DNA of 64,000 nt, taken from positions 32,001-96,000 of IMG/VR virus record IMGVR_UViG_3300045303_000182; one strand, given 5' to 3'. The number at the start of each line of letters is the position of its first letter. Within the stretch, counting starts at the first letter, position 1. Position numbers and translations under genes: made by a program. Of this stretch, positions 8,457-18,117 are shown piece after piece. This DNA is from a virus. The notes under the pieces are model-generated. The model saw only the letters and a program-made list of their open reading frames with translations. It was not told where the DNA came from and did not search any database.

Positions 8457-10681
8457 GTGCCCAGCAGCCCTCCGTCAGCGATCACCCACAACCCATCGTG
8501 CATGCGCTCATCCTCATCGATGTCGGGGTAGTCCACCTCGCTCTCGGGGAGGTTGACGGTGGCGACCTTGCCGGTCGGATCGAGCGTGACCTCAGTCAGG
8601 TTGCCGGCGGTCTTGGCGTAGGTCAACGTGGTCGCCAGTGGCGTGGCGACGATCACGTACTGTCCGTTGTACGTCGTCGGCGTCACAGCGGTCACCTCGA
8701 TCGTCTCACCAGGGAGCATGTTGTGAGCCGCCGTCGTCGTGAGCGTGACGACGTTGGCGGTCAACGACGCCTTGAGAACGTTGGCCGTCTTGATCGGTGG
8801 GTAGGGCGTGATGCGCGGGATCAGAAGCTCGTCCGTCTCAATGTCCTCCACCCCTCCGAGCGAGTCAGGTGACGGCGTGTAGCGCAGCACCGAGAAGGCC
8901 ACGTCCTTGTTGTTGCCCGGTGGATTGACGACGGCGGCCTGATCGATCTTGGCGACGGCCACCTGGAACCACGTCGTGTTGTTCACCGGAGCGGCGGTGA
9001 CCACGAAGCTCATCCAGGAGTTGGGGTCGCCTACCGGGCTGTAGACGATGTGGTCACCGACCTGGATGCCAGCGATGTTGGGCTGAGCACCCGTCTCGTC
9101 GGTGCGCGAGAAGGCGAAGGCCGTCGGGTTGGTGGTGTTGTTGCGCCGGTAGTCCCCGTTGCCAGGGTCAGCCATCGTGGTGTTGGTGTCGTCGCGATAG
9201 GTGGTGCGGGCAACGGTGATGGTGTCACCATTGGACGGGTCGGTGTCATCGACAGGCTCGGTGGTGCTGAGCCAGGTGAGCTCGCACCACTCCACGCCCT
9301 GCACGGCGAGTGCCGAACGATAGATCTGGCCGATCGATACGCGGGTACCGAAGTCCACGTTGTCGAAAGCGAGCACCTGGCGGATGGTGGCATCAACAGC
9401 CGAGCGCACAGCACCACGGTTGTAACCCTTGGAGACGTGGACCTGCACCTGGATGTACACGTCCTGCCAGAGATCGTCCATCGTCTCTGGCTCGGCGTAG
9501 ACCGTCGAGCCGATGATCACCTTGTCGGACATGTAGTCCTCGACATCGGCGCACAGCCTCACCATGTACTCATCGGTGCCCTGACCCCCGGTCGGTGCGA
9601 TCTTGACCCGCACAGCGGTGTACACGGTGCCGTGAGCGACGCTCTTGGCGACGCCCGGTACCTGCAGGGCCATGTCGGCGTAGTCGTGCAGCGTGATCGC
9701 CCGGTTCTTGATGCGCGCCGCGGCGCGAGGGATCGACTGGCGCATGGCGTCGATCGACTCCGGGTCAGTGCCACCGACAGGGTTGTTGGTGTTGGTCACC
9801 GAGACACCCCACCAGTCGTCACCGCTGTCGTTGACGACGGTGTTGATCGCTCCGGGACCGAGCAGGTTGGCCTCGGCCCCCACGCCGTAGCGATAGGTGA
9901 TGAAGATCTCGGCGTTGACCGGAGGGATGCGGCCCGAGGCGTTGTCACCGAAGACGATGTGCGTCAGATCCTGATCATCGCGGAACGTGGTGAACAACGG
10001 CTGCGTCGGCCGAGCCAGCGAGAGGTTGGCGATGTAGGTCCACTCCACCAACTGCCCACCCTCACGCGAGGTCACCGAGATGGAGCCGTACACGATGCCC
10101 TTGTCGGGGATCACGAACTCAGTGTTCGGTGAGCCAGAACAGATGCCAAGAAGCCGGTCGTGCTGCACGATGCCTTCGGTGGCGTAGCCGGTGACGACGA
10201 GGATCTGCGGGTCCACCGTCGGGTCGAGGGTGACCTCGAGGTCCGTCTCGAAGACGATCAGATCGTCAGCGTTGCTCGCAGCGTTGTGCAACCGCGTGCC
10301 CTTCGGGATCGTCACCTTCTCCGTGGCGTTGGCGTTGATCGAGAACTCCAGCGTGACGGACGCTGACTGCTGGCCGATCGGTGTATAGCCAAGCATGTTG
10401 GCGATGTACAGCACGCTCTGCTGACGCAGGGCCGAGCCGAGGAACGCCTCGCTGGCTGTGCGGTCGATGTAGAAGTGCATCACGTCGCCCATGTAGGCGA
10501 AGATCTCCAGCAGCAGGGTGCCCATGTCGCTGGCCTCACCTGCCGTCTCCCACTCGGGCATCAGACCCTTGGCGAGGCCGACCAACTGGCTGCGGATGGC
10601 GGTGAAGTCACGGCTGGTGTAGTCGAGGACGACGCGGGAATCGATGTCCTGGTCTTCCAGTTGAGCGAATGCGTCGGGCAT
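8453..10681 (-). CDS. Baseplate wedge J-like protein (T4 gp6-like)
   Basis: DYTSRDF, SDMGTLLLEIFAYMGD, IVFGDNASGRIP, GGTDPESID, RAITLHDY. Confidence 0.92.
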   Translation of the reverse strand: MPDAFAQLEDQDIDSRVVLDYTSRDFTAIRSQLVGLAKGLMPEWETAGEASDMGTLLLEIFAYMGDVMHFYIDRTASEAFLGSALRQQSVLYIANMLGYTPIGQQSASVTLEFSINANATEKVTIPKGTRLHNAASNADDLIVFETDLEVTLDPTVDPQILVVTGYATEGIVQHDRLLGICSGSPNTEFVIPDKGIVYGSISVTSREGGQLVEWTYIANLSLARPTQPLFTTFRDDQDLTHIVFGDNASGRIPPVNAEIFITYRYGVGAEANLLGPGAINTVVNDSGDDWWGVSVTNTNNPVGGTDPESIDAMRQSIPRAAARIKNRAITLHDYADMALQVPGVAKSVAHGTVYTAVRVKIAPTGGQGTDEYMVRLCADVEDYMSDKVIIGSTVYAEPETMDDLWQDVYIQVQVHVSKGYNRGAVRSAVDATIRQVLAFDNVDFGTRVSIGQIYRSALAVQGVEWCELTWLSTTEPVDDTDPSNGDTITVARTTYRDDTNTTMADPGNGDYRRNNTTNPTAFAFSRTDETGAQPNIAGIQVGDHIVYSPVGDPNSWMSFVVTAAPVNNTTWFQVAVAKIDQAAVVNPPGNNKDVAFSVLRYTPSPDSLGGVEDIETDELLIPRITPYPPIKTANVLKASLTANVVTLTTTAAHNMLPGETIEVTAVTPTTYNGQYVIVATPLATTLTYAKTAGNLTEVTLDPTGKVATVNLPESEVDYPDIDEDERMHDGLWVIADGGLLGT

Positions 10682-11091
10682 CAGATCTCTCCAATCGGAA
10701 TCGCGCGCTGCCGGTTGAAGAACTCAGAGGCGAGGGGCACAGCGATCTCAGCGTCAGTGGCGTACAGCGCCGGCCGATACACCACTTTGATAGTGACATA
10801 CGCCGGTTCGGGGTCGTCGGCGGTGAGCGTCACGCTACGAACGATGGCACGCGTGACCAGTTGCTCCAAGCGACGCTTGATCTGACCGGCAGCATCGCGA
10901 CGTACGAGCTCATCGGTCGGGTCGAACAGCGCAGCCTGGATGTCACATCCGTAGCGCGGACGCATCACCCGCTCACCGAGGTTGGTCATCAGGGCGTCGA
11001 TGACCTGGCCGCGCACGATCTGTGCGTAGTCGGTCGTCTCTGCGAGCTTGCCACCCGGAGCCAGCGAGAAGGGCCAGAGGAAAGCTCTCAT
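10681..11091 (-). CDS. gp25/GPW-like baseplate wedge (sheath initiator)
   Basis: Start MRAFLWPF at 11091 (ATGA overlap); LMTNLGERVMRPRYGC. Confidence 0.9.
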   Translation of the reverse strand: MRAFLWPFSLAPGGKLAETTDYAQIVRGQVIDALMTNLGERVMRPRYGCDIQAALFDPTDELVRRDAAGQIKRRLEQLVTRAIVRSVTLTADDPEPAYVTIKVVYRPALYATDAEIAVPLASEFFNRQRAIPIGEI

Positions 11092-12371
11092 GATGCGATG
11101 GTCCTGACCGTGGCGTTCGACCACGACGACACCCACACGTTGGTGCTGGCCGAGGGAGTGTCGATGATGGTCGGCCACTTCTCGATGGACGACGGCAAGA
11201 TACCGATCGAGTTGACCGGCTGCAGCATGTTCATCGTCTGGCTCAGGGTGAGGACGGGCTTCGACTTCCCCAGCGACTGCCAGAAGGGCACGTAGCCACC
11301 CGTGAAGACCTGGGTGGTGCCATCGGGCCGAGCGAGCGCCAGGTTCGACTGGTAGCTCTGGCGGTCCATCTTGTGCTGCACCGCACGGACCAGCCAGCGC
11401 CCGTTGAACTTGCCGGTGTAGTACTTCGCGTTGGTCGTCATCACCTCGACGGTCATGCCGGGGTAGAGCGCAGCGTTGCCCATGATCCGAGCCTTGGCCG
11501 TCTGCGCCCACCGAGACGAGTCACTGTCCTTGCTGTTGACGTAGAGGCTTGCCTCGCTGGCGTCACGGATCACGAAGTCGGTGAGGAAGCTGTAGTTGGA
11601 GTGGTCGCCCTTCTGCAGGGCCACCTGCATCTGGTCGTTGTTGAAGTAGGCGACCTTGTAGCCCTGCTGCTCGACGCTGCTCTCGGCCACCTCGGTCGGG
11701 TCGAACTCGAGGAGCACGCGCTCTTCGTCCATCGATGCCTTGGCGAGCGTGTACGTCTCGGAGATGAGCGTGGCGGCGCTGCCCTGGTCGCGGAACAACT
11801 GCAGCGGGTCGTAGAGCAGCACGATCCCGTAGCGGTTGAACACCGACCACCCGAGCCGCGTCGCCAGCTTCACCGCCATCTGCCAGTCGCTGCTGTCGGT
11901 CTGAGCCAGCGCAGGCCATAGGTGGGTATGGGCGTGCCCCGCGTAACCGAGGTACGAGACGTACGTCAACGTCTCGACGGCGCTGGGGATCGTGCGCTGG
12001 GTCCAGAAACGAGGGTTGCCCGTCTGCATCGACTTGGTCGGACCGGTCATGCTCATGGTCCACGTCAGCGTGCCCGACTCGTTCTGCTTCTCAGCGACCG
12101 CGATGACGTAACCGCAGAAGACCTCGGTCTTCGGGGCGAGGCCGAAGAGGAACGAGATCGGCTGCTCCAGCAGGCCCGCTGTGGTGGTGCGCTCGGTCGA
12201 GGACACCGTCATCTCCACGGTGTCGTGCATGTTCTCGCCCATCATGATGGAACAGTCCTGGACTGTGACATCCAGCGGCTCCCCGGCGAGCATGATGCGG
12301 TAGATCGGCGTGCGCCCTCGGGTGTTGCGCCCGCTCGTCTGCGGCGAGCCGAGCATGTCCATCATGCTCAT
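11088..12371 (-). CDS. Baseplate hub (late control D / gp27-like)
   Basis: QTDSSDWQMAVKLA, GNAALYPG, GRWLVRAVQH. Confidence 0.85.
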   Translation of the reverse strand: MSMMDMLGSPQTSGRNTRGRTPIYRIMLAGEPLDVTVQDCSIMMGENMHDTVEMTVSSTERTTTAGLLEQPISFLFGLAPKTEVFCGYVIAVAEKQNESGTLTWTMSMTGPTKSMQTGNPRFWTQRTIPSAVETLTYVSYLGYAGHAHTHLWPALAQTDSSDWQMAVKLATRLGWSVFNRYGIVLLYDPLQLFRDQGSAATLISETYTLAKASMDEERVLLEFDPTEVAESSVEQQGYKVAYFNNDQMQVALQKGDHSNYSFLTDFVIRDASEASLYVNSKDSDSSRWAQTAKARIMGNAALYPGMTVEVMTTNAKYYTGKFNGRWLVRAVQHKMDRQSYQSNLALARPDGTTQVFTGGYVPFWQSLGKSKPVLTLSQTMNMLQPVNSIGILPSSIEKWPTIIDTPSASTNVWVSSWSNATVRTIAS

Positions 12372-12703
12372 GACGGGATCCTGATGTAGCTGCCCGGAGG
12401 CAGGTCGAGCGGATACCAGACGGGGACGTTGACCTCAGCGATGCGCCACCACTGGGTCGAGTCCTCCATGAACTTGAACGCCAAGAACGGCATGTGCTCG
12501 CGGTCCTTGACGTAGTACTCCGCTGGCGGCGGTGGCGGCAGCGGCAGTGTGGTGACGCGGTACGTGGCCTCGCGGTTCCGCACTTCGAAGCGCAGCGTCG
12601 GAGGAGTCGCCTCCTCCAGACGGATGGTCTCGTACACGTCGTAGACGTGACACGACACCCAGCCACGGTCGGCTTCCTCGTATCGGGATCCAGGACTAAT
12701 CAC
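12368..12703 (-). CDS. LysM/tail X-like baseplate protein
   Basis: YYVKDREHMPFLAFKFMEDSTQWWRIAEVN..DLPPGSYIRIP. Confidence 0.85.
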   Translation of the reverse strand: MISPGSRYEEADRGWVSCHVYDVYETIRLEEATPPTLRFEVRNREATYRVTTLPLPPPPPAEYYVKDREHMPFLAFKFMEDSTQWWRIAEVNVPVWYPLDLPPGSYIRIPS

Positions 12704-14280
12704 CAGGCGCTACTTCCCCCGCCCCCGCCACCGTTGTAGCCCGACGCCTGGGCCGCAGAGCCGGTGGCACCGAGTGGTGTGGGTCGGATGAGATGAGTGA
12801 ACTTGCTGGTGCCAGTGACACCGCGCTCACCTACCTCGGGCTGCGAGGTGGTCGAGGCGGCATCGAACACGATGCACCCGCCCTCCTTGTAGCGCACGAA
12901 GAAGGCGGTGTGCCCAGGGCTACCGGGGCGGATGAAGATGTCGCCGGGGAGCAGGTCGGTCTGCCAGTTGATCGAGGACAGTGGGACGTAGATGCCGTTG
13001 TTCTTGTTGATGCTGCTGGGCATCGAGGCCGTGCCGGGGTTGCTGTTCCAGCCCATCGTGGTGCCGTGACCGATCGCCTTGTACGCCTGGGTGACGAGGC
13101 CCGAGCAGTCAGCCGACTTCGGCAGGTCGAAGCGCGCCGACCAGTAGTTGGGTGTGCTCGACGGGGCGTAGTTCGTCCACCCTGGGTCCATCACGTTCTT
13201 CGCACCGGGGCCACCCTGATGCGTGTTGTCGTAGGCCCACTGCAACGCCTGCAGCCTGATCTTGTGGTTGGCGTCGTTGGCCTGCCCAAGCTGGCCGGTG
13301 TACTGCACGTTGCCCGAGTCCACCCCGCCAGGGATGCCGGCGGCGTCGTCGGCCGCGCGCTCGACCTCTTCGAAGGTGATGTCATACACCGTCGCCTTGA
13401 AGTCATCGATCGGGATGGCCTCCTCAGCTATCAACTCCTCCTTCTTGTACTCGACCATGTCGCGCACGGGGCCGAAGTAGGAGGCGAGGATCTGCAACTG
13501 GATCCGCATGCGGATCGGCGTCATGCGGTGGGTGAACTTCTCGAAGACCACCTGAGCGTTGGTCGGCCGACCCTGCACCGTGATCATCGGTGAGAACACG
13601 ACGGTGATGTCGCGTGGGTTGACCATCATCACGCCGTTGTCGGGGAGTGTGTTATTCGACTGGGCCGGGTCGTTGGGGATGACGTTGCGGACCACCATGT
13701 CGAAGAACTGGTAGTCCACGAAGACGCCGGGGTGGTCGGGGTCGGCTGCTGCCTCCTCCTGCCGGTCGAAGAAGAGCTCGAAGGAGAAGTTGAGGATGGA
13801 GGGCGGGGCGATGGCGTTGCCGCTCTGGTACACGGTGTTGAACGGGTCGAGCGCCGACTGCTCCAGGTAGCTCACGTACTCCCGCGTGATGATCTCGGGG
13901 TTGTACATGAAGTAGAGACGGCACTTCGACAGGTCGTCCTTCACGTCGTACTCGGCACGACGGATGTAGCCGCGCAGGATCCGCGCTGGCCCCCCGTCAG
14001 GGCCGAGCAGCAGAGGGTGCAGCCGACCTGCTGCTCCACTCACGAAGGGAGGGTTGACCAGACCCTGTGCGCCTGTGAAGCCAGCGGAGCGATCGCCCGA
14101 CTGGAACCACTCGTAGGCGAACTGCTGACGCAGCGCGTCGGTCGAGATGTTGGTCTGGTGGTCCACCCACTGGCTCGGCACGTCGGCCGAGGAGTACGTC
14201 TGGCCGCGCGCCCACCCGTAGGCGTGCGGGGTCAGTTGCGCTGGCTTGTAGCTGTTCTTGATCCCGTATTGGTATGCCAT
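12700..14280 (-). CDS. Tail tube initiator fused to an NlpC/P60 peptidase
   Basis: FMYNPEII..FSFELFFDR tube-initiator motifs; C-terminal ADCSGLV...LLPGDIF...GHTAFF. Confidence 0.8.
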   Translation of the reverse strand: MAYQYGIKNSYKPAQLTPHAYGWARGQTYSSADVPSQWVDHQTNISTDALRQQFAYEWFQSGDRSAGFTGAQGLVNPPFVSGAAGRLHPLLLGPDGGPARILRGYIRRAEYDVKDDLSKCRLYFMYNPEIITREYVSYLEQSALDPFNTVYQSGNAIAPPSILNFSFELFFDRQEEAAADPDHPGVFVDYQFFDMVVRNVIPNDPAQSNNTLPDNGVMMVNPRDITVVFSPMITVQGRPTNAQVVFEKFTHRMTPIRMRIQLQILASYFGPVRDMVEYKKEELIAEEAIPIDDFKATVYDITFEEVERAADDAAGIPGGVDSGNVQYTGQLGQANDANHKIRLQALQWAYDNTHQGGPGAKNVMDPGWTNYAPSSTPNYWSARFDLPKSADCSGLVTQAYKAIGHGTTMGWNSNPGTASMPSSINKNNGIYVPLSSINWQTDLLPGDIFIRPGSPGHTAFFVRYKEGGCIVFDAASTTSQPEVGERGVTGTSKFTHLIRPTPLGATGSAAQASGYNGGGGGGSSAW

Positions 14281-17123
14281 CAGGCTGACCTCACCAGTCG
14301 TCGCTTCATCTCGTCCTCGAGGTGGTCCGCGATGAGGTTCACGGTGCGCCTTACGTCGATACCGCCATTCGCACCGCCCCCGTATCCCCCTACGGAGAGC
14401 TTGAAGTCGTTCTGGAAGACGATGTTGCCACCACCCTGGCGCGACGGGTAGTTGTACGCCATCGCCATCGCCTCGACATCACCGAGGCCCGCCTTCTTGA
14501 GCGCCTGGTCTGCGAGGCCCGCCGCCTCCGCTGGGATGCCACCGAAGGGGTTGCCGTTGATGTTCCACGGACGCATCGTGTTGGGACCGCCAGGCCCGTT
14601 CATCGGTGACACATTGCGGTACTGGTCCCAGGCGATGAACGCTGCCGCCTGCGGGTCCATGGCGTCGGCCTGGGTGAACGGCGACGGATTGCCCTTGTCC
14701 GTCCACGGCTTCTGGTTCGCCTGCAGGATGCCGCCGCTCTCATCGACGGGGCCAGAGTTCCAGGCGTTGGCTGTCCAGTGCGACTCACGGTAGGAGATCT
14801 TCAGGAAGTTCTTCAGCACGTCACCGCTGAAGCCAGCGTTGTGCAGAGCCTTGGCGACAGCAACACCACGCTCGATCGGGTCGCTCGACTGGATCCCCGC
14901 CACGATGTCGGGCGACGCCGTCTGGTTGTACTTGTCACCGCGGCCAGAGGCGCTGGTGCCCTTCCAGATCTTGCCGTTCGTGCCGCCCCAGCCAGTACCA
15001 GTGCCAGCGACCGACTCACCCTTGGCGGTCTGCGAGAAGGAGGACTGCACCTCGCCACCATTGAACACGCCACCCAGCACGCCACCGAACCCACCCACCT
15101 TGGGCGTCATGCCGAGCACGGTCTTGGATGACGAACCAGCGAGGCGCTTGTACATGTCGTCGGCGTCGGTGGCGAAGGCCGTCGTCTGCTCCGTACCGCC
15201 GATGAGCTTGCCCAGCGCGCCTGTCATCGTGGAGAGGATCTTGGTGATGAAGCCCGCCATGCCCTCCGGGCTGGAGGCCACGTCCTTGATGCTGTCCACG
15301 AACTTGTCGAAGTCGTTGTCCCCGATGTCCGCGTCACCGACGCCAGAGATGTCACCCGGCATCCCGACGTGCCACGGCTCACCGTGGTTCTTGCCCGAGG
15401 CCAGCCCGAACTTCTTGGCGTTCTTCATGATCCAGCCGTACTGGCTGCGCGGTCCGAGGTCGGCAGCCATGCCGCGCGTGTGGGCGCTGGGCTTGCCCGA
15501 GACGTTGGAGTAGCCCTTGGCCCGGAGCCGCTCCTGAATCCCGGTGTCGCGCAGACCGGAGGTCATGCGGAGCTTCGGGTTGGCCTTCATCATCGCGCCG
15601 ACCTTGGACTTCATGTCCGGGTGCAGACCGCTGAGGCCGTTGCCGCCAGTCGCTCCGTAGGCGTCCCCGATGTCGCCCATGCCGCCGAAGGCGTTGGGCA
15701 CGTCGCCGCCGCCGACGAGTTCGTTCATGCCCCGTTCGGCCCCGGTCATCATGAGGTCTTCCAGCGAGTCAGGCAGGTACTGGATCCAACGGAAGATCGA
15801 GTTGGAGAGGGCCGGGATGACCTTCTCCTGGATCGACCCCATCAACTCGTTGAACCAGCGGTTGCTGCCCTCACGCTGTGCGTACTGGCCTGACATCTTC
15901 CCGGCGAGGCTGAACTCGGTGCGGGTGAGCTCGGACCCGGCGCGCAGGCGCTGCCACGCGACGTTGTCCTTGTCCGCACCGATCTCAAAGCCCTTCTCCG
16001 TCGAGGAGGCTCCCTTGCTCGTCTTGCTGAGGGCGTACGTCCACCAGTAGTCGCGCATGTTCTGCGGCACGCCGGTCGTGTTGAACCAGGCGTCGATGTT
16101 GCTGCCAGGGAAGTACTGCGCCATCAACTCGCCGTAGCTGAACCCCTTGCCGCGGTTGGCTCCGGGCCGCAGACCTTCGAACCAACGCAGGATCGACTCG
16201 GCCCACTCGCTGAGGCTCTTCTGGCGACCGCCGGCAGCGATCATGCCCATCGTTCCGCCCGTGAACATCTGCGCCCGCTGCTGCGAGCCGGTGTCAGCGG
16301 CGTAGCCACCGATCTGGCTGACGAGGCCACCCTGCCCACCAACCTGAGCCAGGGGGTTGAGCATCTGCGCCTCGCGCACGCCCTTGAACAGACCAGCGGC
16401 GCGCACACCTTGGCCCTCAGGGTTGCCACCGAAGTTGTAGCTCGCACCAAGGCGGGCCGAGTCACCGAACATGCTGATCATGTCCTGCGGCGTGCCGTAG
16501 ATCGAGCCAGGGAACTTGGCGATCGTGGACATCATCGACGCCGTGTTGACGCCCTGCTGGTTGGCGGTCATGTTCAGCCCACCGGAGGCCATGATCGCTG
16601 TGTCACGGTTCGTGTTGATCCGCGACCGCAGGTAGCGCAACGGGGCGAGCGCCAAGTCCTTGGTCAGGTCGTCGCCGCTGGAGCCGACGAAGGCTCCGAG
16701 GCTGAGGCCACCCGGCAGCTTCTTGTCCACAACGTTCTGGATGGCTGCCGAGGCCGACGACGTTGCGCTGTACATCCAGCCGCTGTTGCCACCACCGCCA
16801 CTGCTCGATGACTGCGCTGCGGCAGCGGGGACGTTGCCGCCTCCGCTACCGCCGCCGCCGCCCGCACCTGCTGCGCTGAGCGCGCTACCCATCCCAGCGA
16901 GTTGCTGGGTGACCTTGGTCGCTGTGTCACCGATGGACTTGAGGTGACGGTTGATCTTGTCTGCGATGGCGTAGGCGTTGTTGCCGAAGTCGGAGAGAGC
17001 CTTCTCCAGGCCCTTCATGGCGGCAGCCATCTGCGAGATCGATGCTTGCGCGGCCTCAGTGTCGATCTTGAGGTTCGCGGCAGGCCCCATGTTGTAGGCC
17101 CGTGCAGCATCAGGCTCAGCCAC
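14280..17123 (-). CDS. Tape measure protein with M15-like peptidase and lytic transglycosylase domains
   Basis: 947 aa after the chaperones; TSGLRD...SAHTRGMAADL...EPWHV; ISYRESHW..GGILQAN..PW. Confidence 0.85.
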   Translation of the reverse strand: MAEPDAARAYNMGPAANLKIDTEAAQASISQMAAAMKGLEKALSDFGNNAYAIADKINRHLKSIGDTATKVTQQLAGMGSALSAAGAGGGGGSGGGNVPAAAAQSSSSGGGGNSGWMYSATSSASAAIQNVVDKKLPGGLSLGAFVGSSGDDLTKDLALAPLRYLRSRINTNRDTAIMASGGLNMTANQQGVNTASMMSTIAKFPGSIYGTPQDMISMFGDSARLGASYNFGGNPEGQGVRAAGLFKGVREAQMLNPLAQVGGQGGLVSQIGGYAADTGSQQRAQMFTGGTMGMIAAGGRQKSLSEWAESILRWFEGLRPGANRGKGFSYGELMAQYFPGSNIDAWFNTTGVPQNMRDYWWTYALSKTSKGASSTEKGFEIGADKDNVAWQRLRAGSELTRTEFSLAGKMSGQYAQREGSNRWFNELMGSIQEKVIPALSNSIFRWIQYLPDSLEDLMMTGAERGMNELVGGGDVPNAFGGMGDIGDAYGATGGNGLSGLHPDMKSKVGAMMKANPKLRMTSGLRDTGIQERLRAKGYSNVSGKPSAHTRGMAADLGPRSQYGWIMKNAKKFGLASGKNHGEPWHVGMPGDISGVGDADIGDNDFDKFVDSIKDVASSPEGMAGFITKILSTMTGALGKLIGGTEQTTAFATDADDMYKRLAGSSSKTVLGMTPKVGGFGGVLGGVFNGGEVQSSFSQTAKGESVAGTGTGWGGTNGKIWKGTSASGRGDKYNQTASPDIVAGIQSSDPIERGVAVAKALHNAGFSGDVLKNFLKISYRESHWTANAWNSGPVDESGGILQANQKPWTDKGNPSPFTQADAMDPQAAAFIAWDQYRNVSPMNGPGGPNTMRPWNINGNPFGGIPAEAAGLADQALKKAGLGDVEAMAMAYNYPSRQGGGNIVFQNDFKLSVGGYGGGANGGIDVRRTVNLIADHLEDEMKRRLVRSA

Positions 17124-17280
17124 GCGCCTTCTCCCTCTTCCAGGTAATCATCTTGAGCCAGTAGCTCCGCTGTCGTCCGGTCATCGCACGTATCTCACTC
17201 AGGGTCCATCCGCTGTAGTTGGAGGCGATCACGTCGTAGTTGACGTACAGCGCCTGATCGTTAGCTACGAAAGAAGTCAC
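17116..17280 (-). CDS. Tail assembly chaperone, second ORF (T4 gp51-like; possibly a frameshift extension)
   Basis: LYVNYDVIASNYSGWTLSEIRAMTGRQRSYW in the +1 frame overlapping the end of the chaperone; only a GTG with weak RBS. Confidence 0.65.
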   Translation of the reverse strand: MTSFVANDQALYVNYDVIASNYSGWTLSEIRAMTGRQRSYWLKMITWKREKARG

Positions 17281-18091
17281 CCCATCCCATGCCCAACGTC
17301 TGCGAGGCTCCACAGGAGGCGCAGGTCGTAGTGACGTTGAGGTCGATCTGCGGCTGGCGCTCGACCAGAAGCTCGAGGAACTTCTGGCGGTCGCGCATCG
17401 ACAGCGACCGTGCGAACCCCATCGGGTCGGTGACCAGATCGCCGTTGCGCTTGGTGACACAGCGGCTGATCATCAACGTGTTCTGCTCGGCCACGCTGAG
17501 GCCCTTCTTGTCCATCACCTCTTCCTGGTCCGAGCCGAGGGCAGCCCGGTAGGTGAGCACCTCGCCCTTGGAGGTGGTCCACTCCAAGGTCGTGGCGTCC
17601 ACGTTCTCCACCTTCGTCGGCGGGAAGTCCGTGTCGAGGAGGAGATGCACTTCCTGCGCTACCCCACACGACTGACAGGTGAAGCCGATGTCGCGCGAGT
17701 TGCCGAACGACACCTGCACCACCTTGAGGAAGATCTGCTCACGCTCCCCGATCAGCAGGTCGTTGAGGAAGTACTGACGCTCGGGGACCGAGTGCTTCGA
17801 CAGGTCGAAGGAACCGATCGATGTGACACCGAGAGCCAGCACCGTGTTGAAGTACTGGTATGGGGTGGTCGCCTTGGCGAGCGCCTCCTCGTCCACCCCG
17901 GTGAGCTCGCGGCAGACAGCTTCACGCTCCCATATGCCGCTATGGAACAGCCCTCTCGGCAGCTTAATCACGGGGTCCGGTGCGTCATCGATGAGAGGCA
18001 CCGGTCCCGCGATCGCTTCCTTCGCTTCGCGCAGCGTCTGCTGCTTGTCTTGCACCGCCTGTTCAGAGGCGAACACGTCAGTCGTTGTCAC
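17261..18091 (-). CDS. Tail/baseplate assembly chaperone with two CxxC motifs
   Basis: RELTGVDEE, CQSCG, CASCG, ends GDFFRS; lies between tube and tape measure. Confidence 0.85.
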   Translation of the reverse strand: MTTTDVFASEQAVQDKQQTLREAKEAIAGPVPLIDDAPDPVIKLPRGLFHSGIWEREAVCRELTGVDEEALAKATTPYQYFNTVLALGVTSIGSFDLSKHSVPERQYFLNDLLIGEREQIFLKVVQVSFGNSRDIGFTCQSCGVAQEVHLLLDTDFPPTKVENVDATTLEWTTSKGEVLTYRAALGSDQEEVMDKKGLSVAEQNTLMISRCVTKRNGDLVTDPMGFARSLSMRDRQKFLELLVERQPQIDLNVTTTCASCGASQTLGMGWGDFFRS

Positions 18092-18117
18092 GTCTAGTTC
18101 TCCGGTCGTTGGTTGAG

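Noticed and set aside
10681-11511. 276-aa version of gp25 (likewise long versions of 52211..53116 and 33598..34026)
   Set aside because: The extensions overlap the upstream gene out of frame; true starts sit at ATGA-type junctions
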